DNA of 64,000 nt from an uncultured delta proteobacterium (GCA_963727485.1 CAVSGM010000003.1:608001-672000), one strand, 5' to 3'; positions 29,253 to 39,100 are shown, counted from the stretch's first letter. Numbers and translations are program-made. The notes: a model not told the origin generated them from the letters alone.

Positions 29253-30081
29253 ATGGAGTCACACCTGGAAGGACTGTCGGTTGGCCGCTCCCTTTGGCCA
29301 GTCGCTGCGGGCGGTTCCCGGCTGCGGGCGGTCGGGCAATCCCCCAAGGTGGGCGAGGTGGTGGTCTATCGGCTGGGGCAGGGGCTGCGAGCACACCGGG
29401 TGCTGGCGGTGTCACAGGGGAGCCTCCTGGTCCGTGGTGACAACCCCATGGTGCCGCTTGAGCGCGTCTCGGCGGACCAGGTCGTCGGGGTCTGGCAGCC
29501 AGAGGGTCTCCGATCCCGCTTGACCCTCGGGGCCGTCACCGGCGGCGCCATCGGCACCCTGGCGCTGGCGGCCAGCCGCGTGGCGCGTGTCCGCGGCGCG
29601 CGGGCAATGGCGAACCTGGTGCCGAGGGCGGCCCCCGGCGGGCTCCACGTGGTGGTCGCCACCGAGGACCCCAGCCAGCTGGCCGTGAGCCTCGGTGAGG
29701 TGGGGCTGCTGCGTCCGTTTCGAACGACTGTCGAGGTTCAGTTCGCGTTGCTGACCGGGACGGGCTTCGCGGTGCTGGCTCGGGCCGAGCAGGGCACGGT
29801 AGCGGCACTCCGCGCGCTGCCTCAGGCAGATGCGCTGCTCCTGGGTATCACCGTGAAGCGCCGCTACCGCGGCCAGGGGCTCGGACGCCGGCTCCTCGAC
29901 GCCGCGCTCGCCGAGGCCCGCCGCCGCGAGAGCCCGCAGCCTCCTCGCCGACATCCGCCGCGACAACACCGCCAGCCTCCGCCTCTTCCAGGGCGCCGGG
30001 TTCACGCGCGTCGCCGAGGCCGTCCTGGTGGCCCCGGGCGACGGCGTGCTCTTCGACCGGTACGCTCTCGACCTCGGATGA
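29253..30081 (+). CDS. S24/S26-family (signal-peptidase-like) peptidase fused to a GNAT acetyltransferase (apparent frameshift near 29930)
   Basis: GRSLWP (GxSMxP-like catalytic Ser), GEVVVY, AHRV and RGDN...V...QVVG. Then GNAT motif A VKRRYRGQGLGRRLL, continuing in another frame as DNTASLRLFQGAGF...DLG* (TGA 30079-30081). TG-C-TAGCCT extended -10 at 29227-29235. Confidence 0.72.
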
Positions 30082-30151
30082 CGAGGCGACCGGCGGCCCG
30101 GCGCGCACCACCACCCGGCACCCGGCCCGCACCTGGGTTACAGTGGTCCCC

Positions 30152-31123
30152 GTGCAACCCGCCGCCCAGCCCCAGTCCTCCGATCCGGTCCTCTTCGCCC
30201 GGCGGATGCGCGAGAACATCGCCCGCGCCGTGGTGGGCAAGGACGACGCGGTGGACACCTGCCTCGCCGCCCTGGTGGCCGGGGGGCACATCCTCCTGGA
30301 GGACGTGCCCGGGGTCGGGAAGACCACCCTGGGGCGGGCCGTCGCCGCGAGCCTCGGGGTCAGCTTCGCCCGGGTGCAGTTCACCAGCGACCTGCTCCCG
30401 AGCGACATCGTGGGCAGCGCCATCCCCGACCGGCGGGCCGGGGCGACCCCGGGGCAGCTGGTGTTCCAACAGGGGCCGATCTTCGCCAACGTGGTCCTCG
30501 CCGATGAGCTCAACCGCACCACGCCCCGCACCCAGTCGAGCCTCCTGGAGGCCATGGCCGACGGGAAGGTCACCGTCGACGGGGTGACCCACCCGCTGCC
30601 GTCGCCGTTCCTGGTCATCGCCACCCAGAACCCCCTGGAGCACCACGGGACCTACCCGCTCCCCGAGTCGCAGCTCGACCGGTTCGCCGTGCGCCTGACC
30701 CTCGGCTACCCGGCGCAGGCCGAGGAGCGGCGGCTGCTCCTCGGGCGGGGGCTCGAGGAGCCGGTGGACGCCCTCACCCAGGTGGCCTCCGCCGACGACG
30801 TGGTGCGCCTCCAGGAGGCCGCCACCTCGGTGCGCGTCGATCCCAGCGTCGCCGACTACGCGCTCGCCGTCGTCGCCGCCACCCGGCAGAGCGATCAGCT
30901 CGCCGCCGGCGCCTCCACCCGCGCCGCCCTCGGCCTCATGGCCCTGGCGCGGGCCCGGGCGCTGCTCCAGGGACGCGACTTCGTCAGCCCCGACGACGTC
31001 AAGCGCCTCGCCCGGCCGGCCCTGGCCCACCGCCTGGTGCCCCTCTCCGGCGTCGATCCCAGCCGCGCCGAGACCGCCGCCATCCTCGACGAGATCCTCG
31101 GGCGCGTCCCCGTCCCCGAGTGA
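30152..31123 (+). CDS. moxR: MoxR family AAA+ ATPase
   Basis: GHILLEDVPGVGKTT, RVQFTSDLLPSDI, DELNRTTPRTQSSLLEAM and GTYPLPESQLDRF. Confidence 0.95.
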   Translation: MQPAAQPQSSDPVLFARRMRENIARAVVGKDDAVDTCLAALVAGGHILLEDVPGVGKTTLGRAVAASLGVSFARVQFTSDLLPSDIVGSAIPDRRAGATPGQLVFQQGPIFANVVLADELNRTTPRTQSSLLEAMADGKVTVDGVTHPLPSPFLVIATQNPLEHHGTYPLPESQLDRFAVRLTLGYPAQAEERRLLLGRGLEEPVDALTQVASADDVVRLQEAATSVRVDPSVADYALAVVAATRQSDQLAAGASTRAALGLMALARARALLQGRDFVSPDDVKRLARPALAHRLVPLSGVDPSRAETAAILDEILGRVPVPE

Positions 31124-32112
31124 GAAGCCGGACCGTGGAGGCGACGCGGGACCGAGGCCGGCGGGGCGGCGCCACCGGGCGACAGACGCGACGGCGCTTC
31201 GGCCGCATGCCCCGTACCCTCAAGGTGACCCGCGAGGGCCGGTACTACCTCGCCATCACCCTGGGCATCGGCTTCGCCGCCACCAACACCGGCAACAACC
31301 TGCTCTTCCTCACCCTGGGGATGCTGCTGGCGCTGATCATCCTCTCGGGGCTCCTCTCCGAGGCGGCGCTCCGGCGCCTCGAGGTCGTGCGGGTGCTGCC
31401 TCACGAGGCCCGGGCCGGCGAGCCCGTGCTCGCGGGGATCCGCATCGCCAACGGAAACCGGATGCTCCCCGCCATCGGCCTCGCCGTGGACGAGGTGGAC
31501 CCGGAGAACACCGAGAGCCACCCCGGCCGCCTCTTCCGGATCGCCGCCGGGGGCAACGCCCGCATCGACCTGCGCCTCGTGCCCACCCGCCGCGGTGAGG
31601 TCCACCTCCGCGCCGTCCGCGTCACCACCGCCTACCCCTTCGGGATCTTCGCCAAGACCCGGGAGTTTCCCCTGCCCGGGCGCTTCGTCGCCTGGCCCGG
31701 GCGCACCGAGGTCCACGTCGCCGGCGCCCGCGAGGGCCGGGGCGACGCCGGCCTCGCCCGGGTCTCCCGCGGCGGCGGCGAGGACTTCCACGGCCTCCGG
31801 GAGTTCCGTGAGGGCGACGAGGCCCGGCACATCCACTGGCGCAGCTCCCTTCGCCAGGAGCAGCTCATGGTCGCCGAGCGCGAGGCCCTCCAGGGACGCC
31901 GGGTCACCGTGACCCTGACCCCGGCCGCCGGCGCCGCCTTCGAGCAGGCCGTCCGCGAGGCCGCCGCCCGCGCCGAGGTCCACCTGGCCCGGGGCGACGA
32001 GGTGGGCCTCGAGGGCCCGAACCTCCACGTCCCCTTCGGCGCCGGGGCCGGCCACCGCCGCCGGCTCCTCACCGATCTCGCCCTGGTCGAGGCCCCGGGG
32101 GCGGCGCCATGA
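31120..32112 (+). CDS. DUF58 domain-containing protein
   Basis: AATNTGNNLL, YPFGIF and DFHGLREFREGDEARHIHWRSS. Standard position after moxR. Confidence 0.9.
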   Translation: MRSRTVEATRDRGRRGGATGRQTRRRFGRMPRTLKVTREGRYYLAITLGIGFAATNTGNNLLFLTLGMLLALIILSGLLSEAALRRLEVVRVLPHEARAGEPVLAGIRIANGNRMLPAIGLAVDEVDPENTESHPGRLFRIAAGGNARIDLRLVPTRRGEVHLRAVRVTTAYPFGIFAKTREFPLPGRFVAWPGRTEVHVAGAREGRGDAGLARVSRGGGEDFHGLREFREGDEARHIHWRSSLRQEQLMVAEREALQGRRVTVTLTPAAGAAFEQAVREAAARAEVHLARGDEVGLEGPNLHVPFGAGAGHRRRLLTDLALVEAPGAAP

Positions 32113-34163
32113 GCTTCGGCCACGCCCAGCGCCTCGCCACCCTCCTCACCGCCGTGGCCGCGTTCTCCGCCATCGCCGTGGGCGGCGCCATGAACCCCGT
32201 GTTCGTGGCGCTCTGGTACCTGGGCGCAGTCGTCGCCTTCTTCCTCGCCGACGACGCCATCGAGGGGAAGTGGGTGATCACCGCGGCGCTCGTCGCCGTC
32301 CCGGTGATGGTGGCCCTGGCCCTGCGCGGCCTCGACCCCATCCTCGCCACCGCCTACTTCGCCTCGGTGCTCCTCCTCGCCCGGGTCCTCGCCCGCGAGG
32401 GCGCCGGGGCCCACGCCCAGATCCACCTGCTGGCGGTGCTGGTCCTCGCCGGCGGCGCCGCCCTCTCCGGCGACGTCACCTACCTGCTGGCCTTCGTCGC
32501 CTTCCTCTTCGCCGCCACCTGGGCCCTGCTCCTCACCCACCTGCGCCGCGAGGTCGACCCCGCCACCCTCGACCTCCCGGTCCGCGAGGTGGTCGGCCCC
32601 GGCCTCGCCACCGGGGTGCTCGTCCTCACCGCCGTGGCCCTGGTGGCCACCGCCGTGACCTTCGTCGTCTTCCCCCGGACCCCCTTCGGCCTGGGGTTCC
32701 GGCGCCCCATCGGCGGGGGCACCGCCGGCCTCTCCAATCAGGTGAGCCTCTCGGGCTTCGGCCGGATCAACGGCGACACCCGGGTGGTCCTCCGGGTGCG
32801 CACCCCCGACCGGGCGCCGCGCTCGCGCCTCGACCTCTACTGGCGCGCCCAGGTCTTCGACCGCTACGACGGCCACGGCTGGACCGGCCACGCGCGCCCC
32901 CGCCCCGGCGCCCGCCTCCAGCTCGGGGTGCGGCTCCGGAGCCCGGTCTCGAAGAAGCTGGTCAAGCTCCGGGTGCAGCTCGTCGAGCCCCTCGGCGTCG
33001 ACGTCCTCCCCGTCCCCGACGACACCGTCTACGTCCGGTTTCGGGGCATGGACGGCCGCGGCCACCTCGGCCTCGCCCGCCGCGCCGCCCACCTCGTGGT
33101 GCGGACCGACGGCCGCCTCACGCCCCCCATCCGCTACCGGGTCTTCCTCGATCCCGCCCTCGAGGTCACCGACCCCACCCCGCCCACCGCCGCCGATCTC
33201 GCCCTGCCGCCCCAGGACCCGCGGACCGTGGCGCTGGCCGCCCGCCTGAAACAGGAGGCCGGCGACGGCGACGCCGCCCTGGCCCGCCATGTCGCCGGGT
33301 GGCTCTCGAGCACCTTCGGCTACACCACCGAGCTCCCCGGGGCCAACCCCTCCCTGGCGCACTTCCTCTTCGATCGGAAGCGCGGCCACTGCGAGTACTT
33401 CGCCACCGCCATGGCCGTGCTCCTGCGCCTGGAGCACGTCCCCGCCCGGGTGGCCACCGGCTTCTACGGCGCCAGCTGGTCCGACGCCGGGGGCTACTAC
33501 GTGGTGCGCCGGGGGAGCGCCCACGCCTGGGTGGAGGCGTGGATGCCCGGGCGGGGCTGGGTGCGCTTCGATCCCACCCCCGCCGCCGACCGCGGCGCGC
33601 AAAACGGCGACGACCTCTGGACCCGGCTCTCGGACACCTGGGACGCGGTGCAGTCCGCCTGGTCCAACTTCGTCCTCGACTACGGGTTGGGCAACCAGGT
33701 GCAGATGTTCCTCTCCGCCGCCAAGGCCCTCCGCCGCTTCAGCCGCGCCTTCTCCGGGCACGACCGGGGCGGGGTGCTCACCCGGGGCCTCCTGGCCCTG
33801 GTGCTGGTGGGCGCCTTGTTCCTGGGGATCCTCGCCTGGCGCCGCCGGCGCCCCCAGGCCTGGCGGCGCCTCACCACCGCCGATCGCCGACCGCCCCGGG
33901 TGCGCCGGGCCGTGGCCGTGGGACGGCTCTTGCGCCGGGTCCTCGCCGAGCCCGGCCCCAGGCCCGCCGCGACCCCCGAGGAGCTCCTCGCCGACCTGGC
34001 GACCCGGCGCGGCGGCGACGACGGGCTCACCCACCGGGCGGCGATCCTGGTGGCGCGCTACCAGCAGGTGCGCTTCGGGGGCCGGGGCCTGGGGCCCGCC
34101 GAGGCGAGGCGCCTGAAGGCCAAGGCCCGGGCCCTGGGGCGGGACCTGCGCCGACCTGGGTGA
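32109..34163 (+). CDS. Membrane transglutaminase-like protein (TgpA/DUF3488 family)
   Basis: N-terminal TM helices, YWRAQVFDRYDG, GHCEYFATAM (Cys), AHAWVE (His) and FDPTP (Asp). Confidence 0.92.
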   Translation: MSFGHAQRLATLLTAVAAFSAIAVGGAMNPVFVALWYLGAVVAFFLADDAIEGKWVITAALVAVPVMVALALRGLDPILATAYFASVLLLARVLAREGAGAHAQIHLLAVLVLAGGAALSGDVTYLLAFVAFLFAATWALLLTHLRREVDPATLDLPVREVVGPGLATGVLVLTAVALVATAVTFVVFPRTPFGLGFRRPIGGGTAGLSNQVSLSGFGRINGDTRVVLRVRTPDRAPRSRLDLYWRAQVFDRYDGHGWTGHARPRPGARLQLGVRLRSPVSKKLVKLRVQLVEPLGVDVLPVPDDTVYVRFRGMDGRGHLGLARRAAHLVVRTDGRLTPPIRYRVFLDPALEVTDPTPPTAADLALPPQDPRTVALAARLKQEAGDGDAALARHVAGWLSSTFGYTTELPGANPSLAHFLFDRKRGHCEYFATAMAVLLRLEHVPARVATGFYGASWSDAGGYYVVRRGSAHAWVEAWMPGRGWVRFDPTPAADRGAQNGDDLWTRLSDTWDAVQSAWSNFVLDYGLGNQVQMFLSAAKALRRFSRAFSGHDRGGVLTRGLLALVLVGALFLGILAWRRRRPQAWRRLTTADRRPPRVRRAVAVGRLLRRVLAEPGPRPAATPEELLADLATRRGGDDGLTHRAAILVARYQQVRFGGRGLGPAEARRLKAKARALGRDLRRPG

Positions 34164-34197
34164 GGCGCCGGGCTCGACCATGGTACACGGCACCGCC

Positions 34198-35166
34198 GTG
34201 CCCGAGCCCGCCCCCATCCCCGACGCCCTCGCCGCCGACCCCGTCCTCCGGGGGCGCGCGGGTCTCGGCCTCGTCGGGAGCCCCCTGCGCCTCGACCCCG
34301 AGCTCGCCGCCGAGCTCGCCTTCGTCTCCGGGGCGGCGGTGGGCCGGCGCCTCGGGGGCCACCGCCGCATCCTCGCCACCGCCGACGTCCTCGCCGCCTC
34401 CGGGATCGAGGCGGGCCCCCGGGCCCTGCCGCTCTCCTTCGGGCGGCCCTTCGACCTCGGGGGCCTGCAGCTCGAGGCGGTGCCCTCGGGGCACCTCCGG
34501 GGCGCGGCGCAGCTGCGCATCCTCACCCCCGCGGGCCTCGAGGTCTGCTACGCCCCGGGCCTGCGACGCTGCCCGGGGCGCACCGTGCCCGGCGCCACCG
34601 TGGTCCCCTGCGAGGTGCTCGTCCTCGAGGCCCCCTTCGCCGAGCCGACCGGCGCGCTCCCCTCCCGGGAGGTGGCCCTCCGCCAGGTCCTCGCCTTCGT
34701 CGACGCCGCCCTGGCCGACGGCGTCACCCCGGTGCTCCGCGCCGAGGCCCCCGGCGCTCCGGCGGAGCTCCTGGCCCTCCTCGCCGACCACGATCGCCCG
34801 GTGCGGATCCACCGCCGCCTCCGCCGTCGCCTCGCCGCCGCCGGCCTCCTGCCCCGGGGCACCGGCGCCTTCCCCGGGCCCGTGGCCCCCGGCGAGACCG
34901 TGATCCTCCCGCCGGAGGTCGAGGCCCCCGCGGGCGCCCGGGTGTGCCGGGTGGGGCCCGCCGCCCTCGCGGCCCCCGGCCCCGACGCCGCCGTCGCCTA
35001 CGCCGACCACGAGGACGACCCGGGCCTGCTCGCCCACGCCCTCGACACCGGCGCCCGCCGCATCCTCACCTTCGGCCCCGGGGCCACGCGCCTCGCCGGC
35101 CTCCTCGCCGACGCCGGCCTCGACGCCGCCGCCCTCGCCCCCGCCGAGCAGCTCGAGCTCCTCTGA
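34198..35166 (+). CDS. MBL/beta-CASP-like protein related to ligase-associated DNA-damage exonucleases, metal motif degenerate
   Basis: PFDLGG..LEAVPSGHLRGAAQL and CEVLVLEAPFAEP resemble PAGHxLGSAQ/CDxLxxExTF motifs. The expected HxHxDH reads AFVSGAAVG. Confidence 0.6.
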   Translation: MPEPAPIPDALAADPVLRGRAGLGLVGSPLRLDPELAAELAFVSGAAVGRRLGGHRRILATADVLAASGIEAGPRALPLSFGRPFDLGGLQLEAVPSGHLRGAAQLRILTPAGLEVCYAPGLRRCPGRTVPGATVVPCEVLVLEAPFAEPTGALPSREVALRQVLAFVDAALADGVTPVLRAEAPGAPAELLALLADHDRPVRIHRRLRRRLAAAGLLPRGTGAFPGPVAPGETVILPPEVEAPAGARVCRVGPAALAAPGPDAAVAYADHEDDPGLLAHALDTGARRILTFGPGATRLAGLLADAGLDAAALAPAEQLELL

Positions 35167-36125
35167 TGCCCGTCTCCTGGAAGATCGCCGACGACGACGC
35201 GGGCCTGCGGGTGGACAAGTTCCTGCGCCGGGAGCTGCCCCGGGTGCCGCTCTCCCACCTGTTCAAGCTCCTGCGCACCAAGAAGGTCCGCCTCAACGGC
35301 AAGCGCGCCAAGGGCGACGACCGCCTCGCCCCGGGCGACGAGCTGATGGTCCGCGGCGATCCCGAGCGCCTCGCCGCCGGCGCCCGGGCCGTGGGCCGGG
35401 GCCCGCCCACCACGCGCCGGGACTTCGAGGTGATCCACGACGACCCGCACCTGATGGTGGTGACCAAGCCCGCGGGCCTCGCCATCCACCCGGGCACCGG
35501 GATCTCCGGGGCGACCCTCGTCGACCAGGTCCGGGCCCACCTCGACGCCGACCCCGAGGCCCAGGGCTTCACCCCGGCGCCGGCCCACCGCCTCGACAAG
35601 GAGACCAGCGGGGTGGTGCTGGTGGCCCGGACCCGCACCGCCATGGCCGGCCTCACCGCCGCCTTCACCAAGGGCGAGGTGCACAAGACGTACCTGGCGG
35701 TGGTCAAGGGCCGGATGACCGGGCGCGAAGGCGAGATCGACCTCGCCCTCCAGGCCCACCAGCAGACGGCCAAGAGCAAGGCCCAGCGCGGCGCGAAGTA
35801 CCAGCCGGCGGTGACCCACTGGCGGGTGGTCTCCGAGTCCGGCCAGCTGAGCCTCCTGGAGGTGAGGCCCGGGACCGGGCGCACCCACCAGATCCGCCGG
35901 CACCTGGCGGCCGTCGGCCACCCCATCGTCGGCGACCGGCGCTACGGCGACTTCCCGTTCAACCGGGAGGCCAAGGCCACCTTCGGCATCTCGCGCCAGC
36001 TCCTCCACGCCTGGCGCCTCGAGCTCGCCCACCCGGTGACCGGCGCGCGGCTCTCGTTCGTGGCCCCGCCGCCGGCGGACCTGGTCAAGGCCCTGGCGGC
36101 GACGGGGCTCACCCTGCCGGACTGA
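35166..36125 (+). CDS. RluA/RluC family pseudouridine synthase (S4 + catalytic domain)
   Basis: RVDKFLRR (S4), KPAGLAIHPG, HRLDKETSG, TGRTHQIRRHL and GHPIVGDRRYG. Confidence 0.93.
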   Translation: MPVSWKIADDDAGLRVDKFLRRELPRVPLSHLFKLLRTKKVRLNGKRAKGDDRLAPGDELMVRGDPERLAAGARAVGRGPPTTRRDFEVIHDDPHLMVVTKPAGLAIHPGTGISGATLVDQVRAHLDADPEAQGFTPAPAHRLDKETSGVVLVARTRTAMAGLTAAFTKGEVHKTYLAVVKGRMTGREGEIDLALQAHQQTAKSKAQRGAKYQPAVTHWRVVSESGQLSLLEVRPGTGRTHQIRRHLAAVGHPIVGDRRYGDFPFNREAKATFGISRQLLHAWRLELAHPVTGARLSFVAPPPADLVKALAATGLTLPD

Positions 36126-36138
36126 GGCCCGGCGCCGG

Positions 36139-39100
36139 TCACACCTCCAGGCGGTCGCCCTTCCGGGAGATCCACCGGTAGAGCACCGGCAGCAGGAAGA
36201 TCGACAGGGCCACCCGGGAGAGCAGCCCGCCGACCACCACCTGGGCGAACGGTCGCTGGCTGTCCGAGCCGATGGCGTGGGAGAAGGCCGCGGGCAAGAG
36301 GCCCACGCACGCCACCAGGGCGGTGATGAGGATGGGCCGGAGCCTCACCGCGGCGCTCTGGCGCGTCGCCTCCTCGATGGACGCCCCGCCGAGGCGCAGC
36401 TTGTTGGCGTAGCTGATGTAGATGACGCCGGTCTGCACCGAGATCCCGAAGAGCGCGAGGAAGCCCAGCCCCGAGCTCACCGAGAGGTTGGTGTGGGCGA
36501 GCCACAGGGCCAGGAGCCCCCCCTCGGGCATGGTGAGGATCACCGAGAGGGCGATGAGCACCGGGTACTTGAGATTCCCGTAGAGGGCGAAGATGATCAG
36601 GAAGATGAGCACCAGGGTCAGGGGCACGATGAAGAACATCTCGTGCTTCGCCGCCAGGTAGTCCGAGTACTCGCCGCCCCACTTCAGCTCGTAGCCGGTG
36701 GGCAGCGGCACCGCCTGCTTCACCGCCTTGCGCGCCGCGGCCACCGCCGAGCCCAGGTCGCGCCCCACCACCGAGAACTGCACCCCGATGTACCGGGCGC
36801 CGCCCTCGCGGTAGATGAACGACGCGCCCTGGCCGACCTTCAAGGTCGCGAAGGTCGACAGGGGCAGGCGCTGGCCGCTGGGCGTGGTGACCAGGAGCCG
36901 CCCGATGGCCTCGGGGTTGTCGCGGAAGCGCTTGCCCATGCGGACCACCAGGTCGAAGGCGCGCTCGCCCTGGATCACCTGGGTCGCCGGGACCCCGCCC
37001 ACCGCGGCCTCGATGAGCCCGTTGACGGTGTCCACGTCGACGCCGTAGCGGGCGAGCTTCTTCCGATCGATCTTCACGTCGAGGCTCGGCTGGCCGAGCT
37101 CCCGGACGATGGTCACGTGGCTGATGCCCCGGACCGGGGTGATGGCGTCCTTGATCTTGTCGGCGATCTTCTGGAGCCGGTGGAGGTCGGGGCCGAAGAC
37201 CTTGACCGCCAGCGCGCTCTTGAGACCGGTGGAGGCCTCGTCCACCGCGTCCTCGGCGGGCTGGGTGTAGTTGAAGATGATCCCGGGGAACCGCTTGAGC
37301 TTGTCGCCCATGGCGGCGATGAGGGCGTCCTTGGAGCGGATCCCACCCTTCCACTGGTCGTAGGGCTTGAGGCCCACGTAGAACTCCACGTTGTAGAAGC
37401 CCGTGGGATCGGTGCCGTCGTCGGGGCGGCCGAGCTCCGAGCTCACCGTGGTGACCTGGGGGAAGCCCATGAGCACCTGGCGGATCTCGGGGCCGATCTC
37501 CTTCGCCTTGTTGAAGCTGATGGTGTACGGCATCGTCGCCCGCACCCACAGGGCCCCCTCGTCGAGCTTGGGCATGAACTCGCTGCCGATGCCCAGCAGG
37601 GTGAGGCTGGAGAGCGCCAGCGCCACCACCCCCACGCCCAGCGTGATCCGCGGGTGGGCGAGGCAGCGGTCGAGGGTCTTGAGGTACCAGCCCTTGAACC
37701 GGTGGAAGATCCGCCCCTCGCTGTCGCGTACGTTCTTGAGGAAGAGGCTGGAGAGCACCGGGAGCAGGGTCAGGGAGAAGAGCAGGGTGCCGAGGAGCGC
37801 GAACACCACCGTGTCCGCCATGGGCGAGAAGAGCCGCGCCGAGGGCCCGGTGAGGGCGTAGATCGGCAGGTACCCGGCGATCATCACCGCGGTGGCGTAG
37901 AAGATCGGCCGGCCCACGTCGTTGGCCGCGCCGAGGAGGACCTGGCTCATCGCCGTGGAGGCGCCGGCGGCGTTTCGCTCACCGAGCTCGCGGAAGATGT
38001 TCTCCACCATGATGACCCCGGCGTCGACCAGGATCCCGAAGTCCACCGCCCCCAGCGACAGGAGGTTCACCGGCACGTGCCGTCCCTTGAGCAGGAGGAA
38101 CGCGGTGGCCAGCGCCAGGGGGATGGTGGCGGCGACGATGAGCCCCGTCCGGAAGCTCCGGAGGAAGAGCATCAGGATGAGCGTCACCAGCAGGATCCCG
38201 AGCACCAGGTTGTGCTCCACCGTCCGGGTCGTCAGCTCGATGAGGTCGGTGCGGTCGTAGAACGGGTGGATGCGCACGTCCCGGGGGAGCACGTGGGCGT
38301 TGAGGTAGGTGGTCATCTTCCGCACCGCCCGGAGCACGGTCTGGGCCGCGTCCCCGGTGCGCAGGAAGATCACGCCCTCCACCGCGTCGTTGCGTTTCAT
38401 GTACCCGAACTCGCCGAGGCGGGGGGCGTGGCCGAGGCGGACCTTGCCCAGGTTCTTCACCCGGATGGGGATGCCGTTGTGGGTGGCGACCACCACGTTG
38501 CCGATGTCGGGCAGGTCCTTGAGCCGGCCGAGGCCGCGCACGTAGTAGAACTGCCCGCCCTGCTGGTAGAAGCCGCCGCCGGCGTTCTGGTTGCTCGAGC
38601 CCAGGGCGCTGACCACGTCGGCGACGCCCACGTGGTAGGTGTTCAGGGCGTTGGGATCGAGGACCACCTGGTACTGGCGGGTGGTCCCCCCGAAGCCCGA
38701 GTCGTCGGCCACGCCGGGGATGGCCTTGTAGCGCCGGTAGAGGACCCAGTCCTGGATGACCTTGAGCTCCTGGGGGGAGCGGTCGGGGCTGTCGAGGACG
38801 TAGCGGTAGATGAGCCCCGAGGGCGAGGCGAGCGGCGACATCGACGGGCTGACCCCGTCGGGGAGGTCGGCGTCGCCCATCCGCTGATGGATTTGCTCGC
38901 GGTTGAAGTAGGGGTCGCTCTTGTACTTGAAGACCAGGTGGATGCTCGAGAGCCCGTAGAGGGAGATCGAGCGCTGGACCTCGAGCCCCGGGGTGCCGTT
39001 GAAGGCGGTCTCCAGGGGGATGGTGATGAGTCGCTCGACCTCCTCGGCGGCGTGACCCGGCCACTGGGTCACGATCTCCACGTCGGGGGGCGAGAGGTCG

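Noticed and set aside
25915..29870. Atypical-composition block as a prophage, IS or integrative element
   Set aside because: No integrase, transposase, terminal repeats or tRNA target seen, and the boundaries fall inside intact reading frames.
19805..30081. Calling the locus a canonical lasso-peptide or PQQ cluster
   Set aside because: No asparagine-synthetase-like cyclase, no B2 peptidase, and no Asp/Glu in the core. No pqqA (ExxxY), pqqB, pqqC or pqqE.
32109..34163. Transglutaminase-like gene as the missing lasso B2 leader peptidase
   Set aside because: It is a multi-TM TgpA-type protein in the widespread moxR-DUF58-transglutaminase operon, with its own promoter-like element and host-like codon usage.
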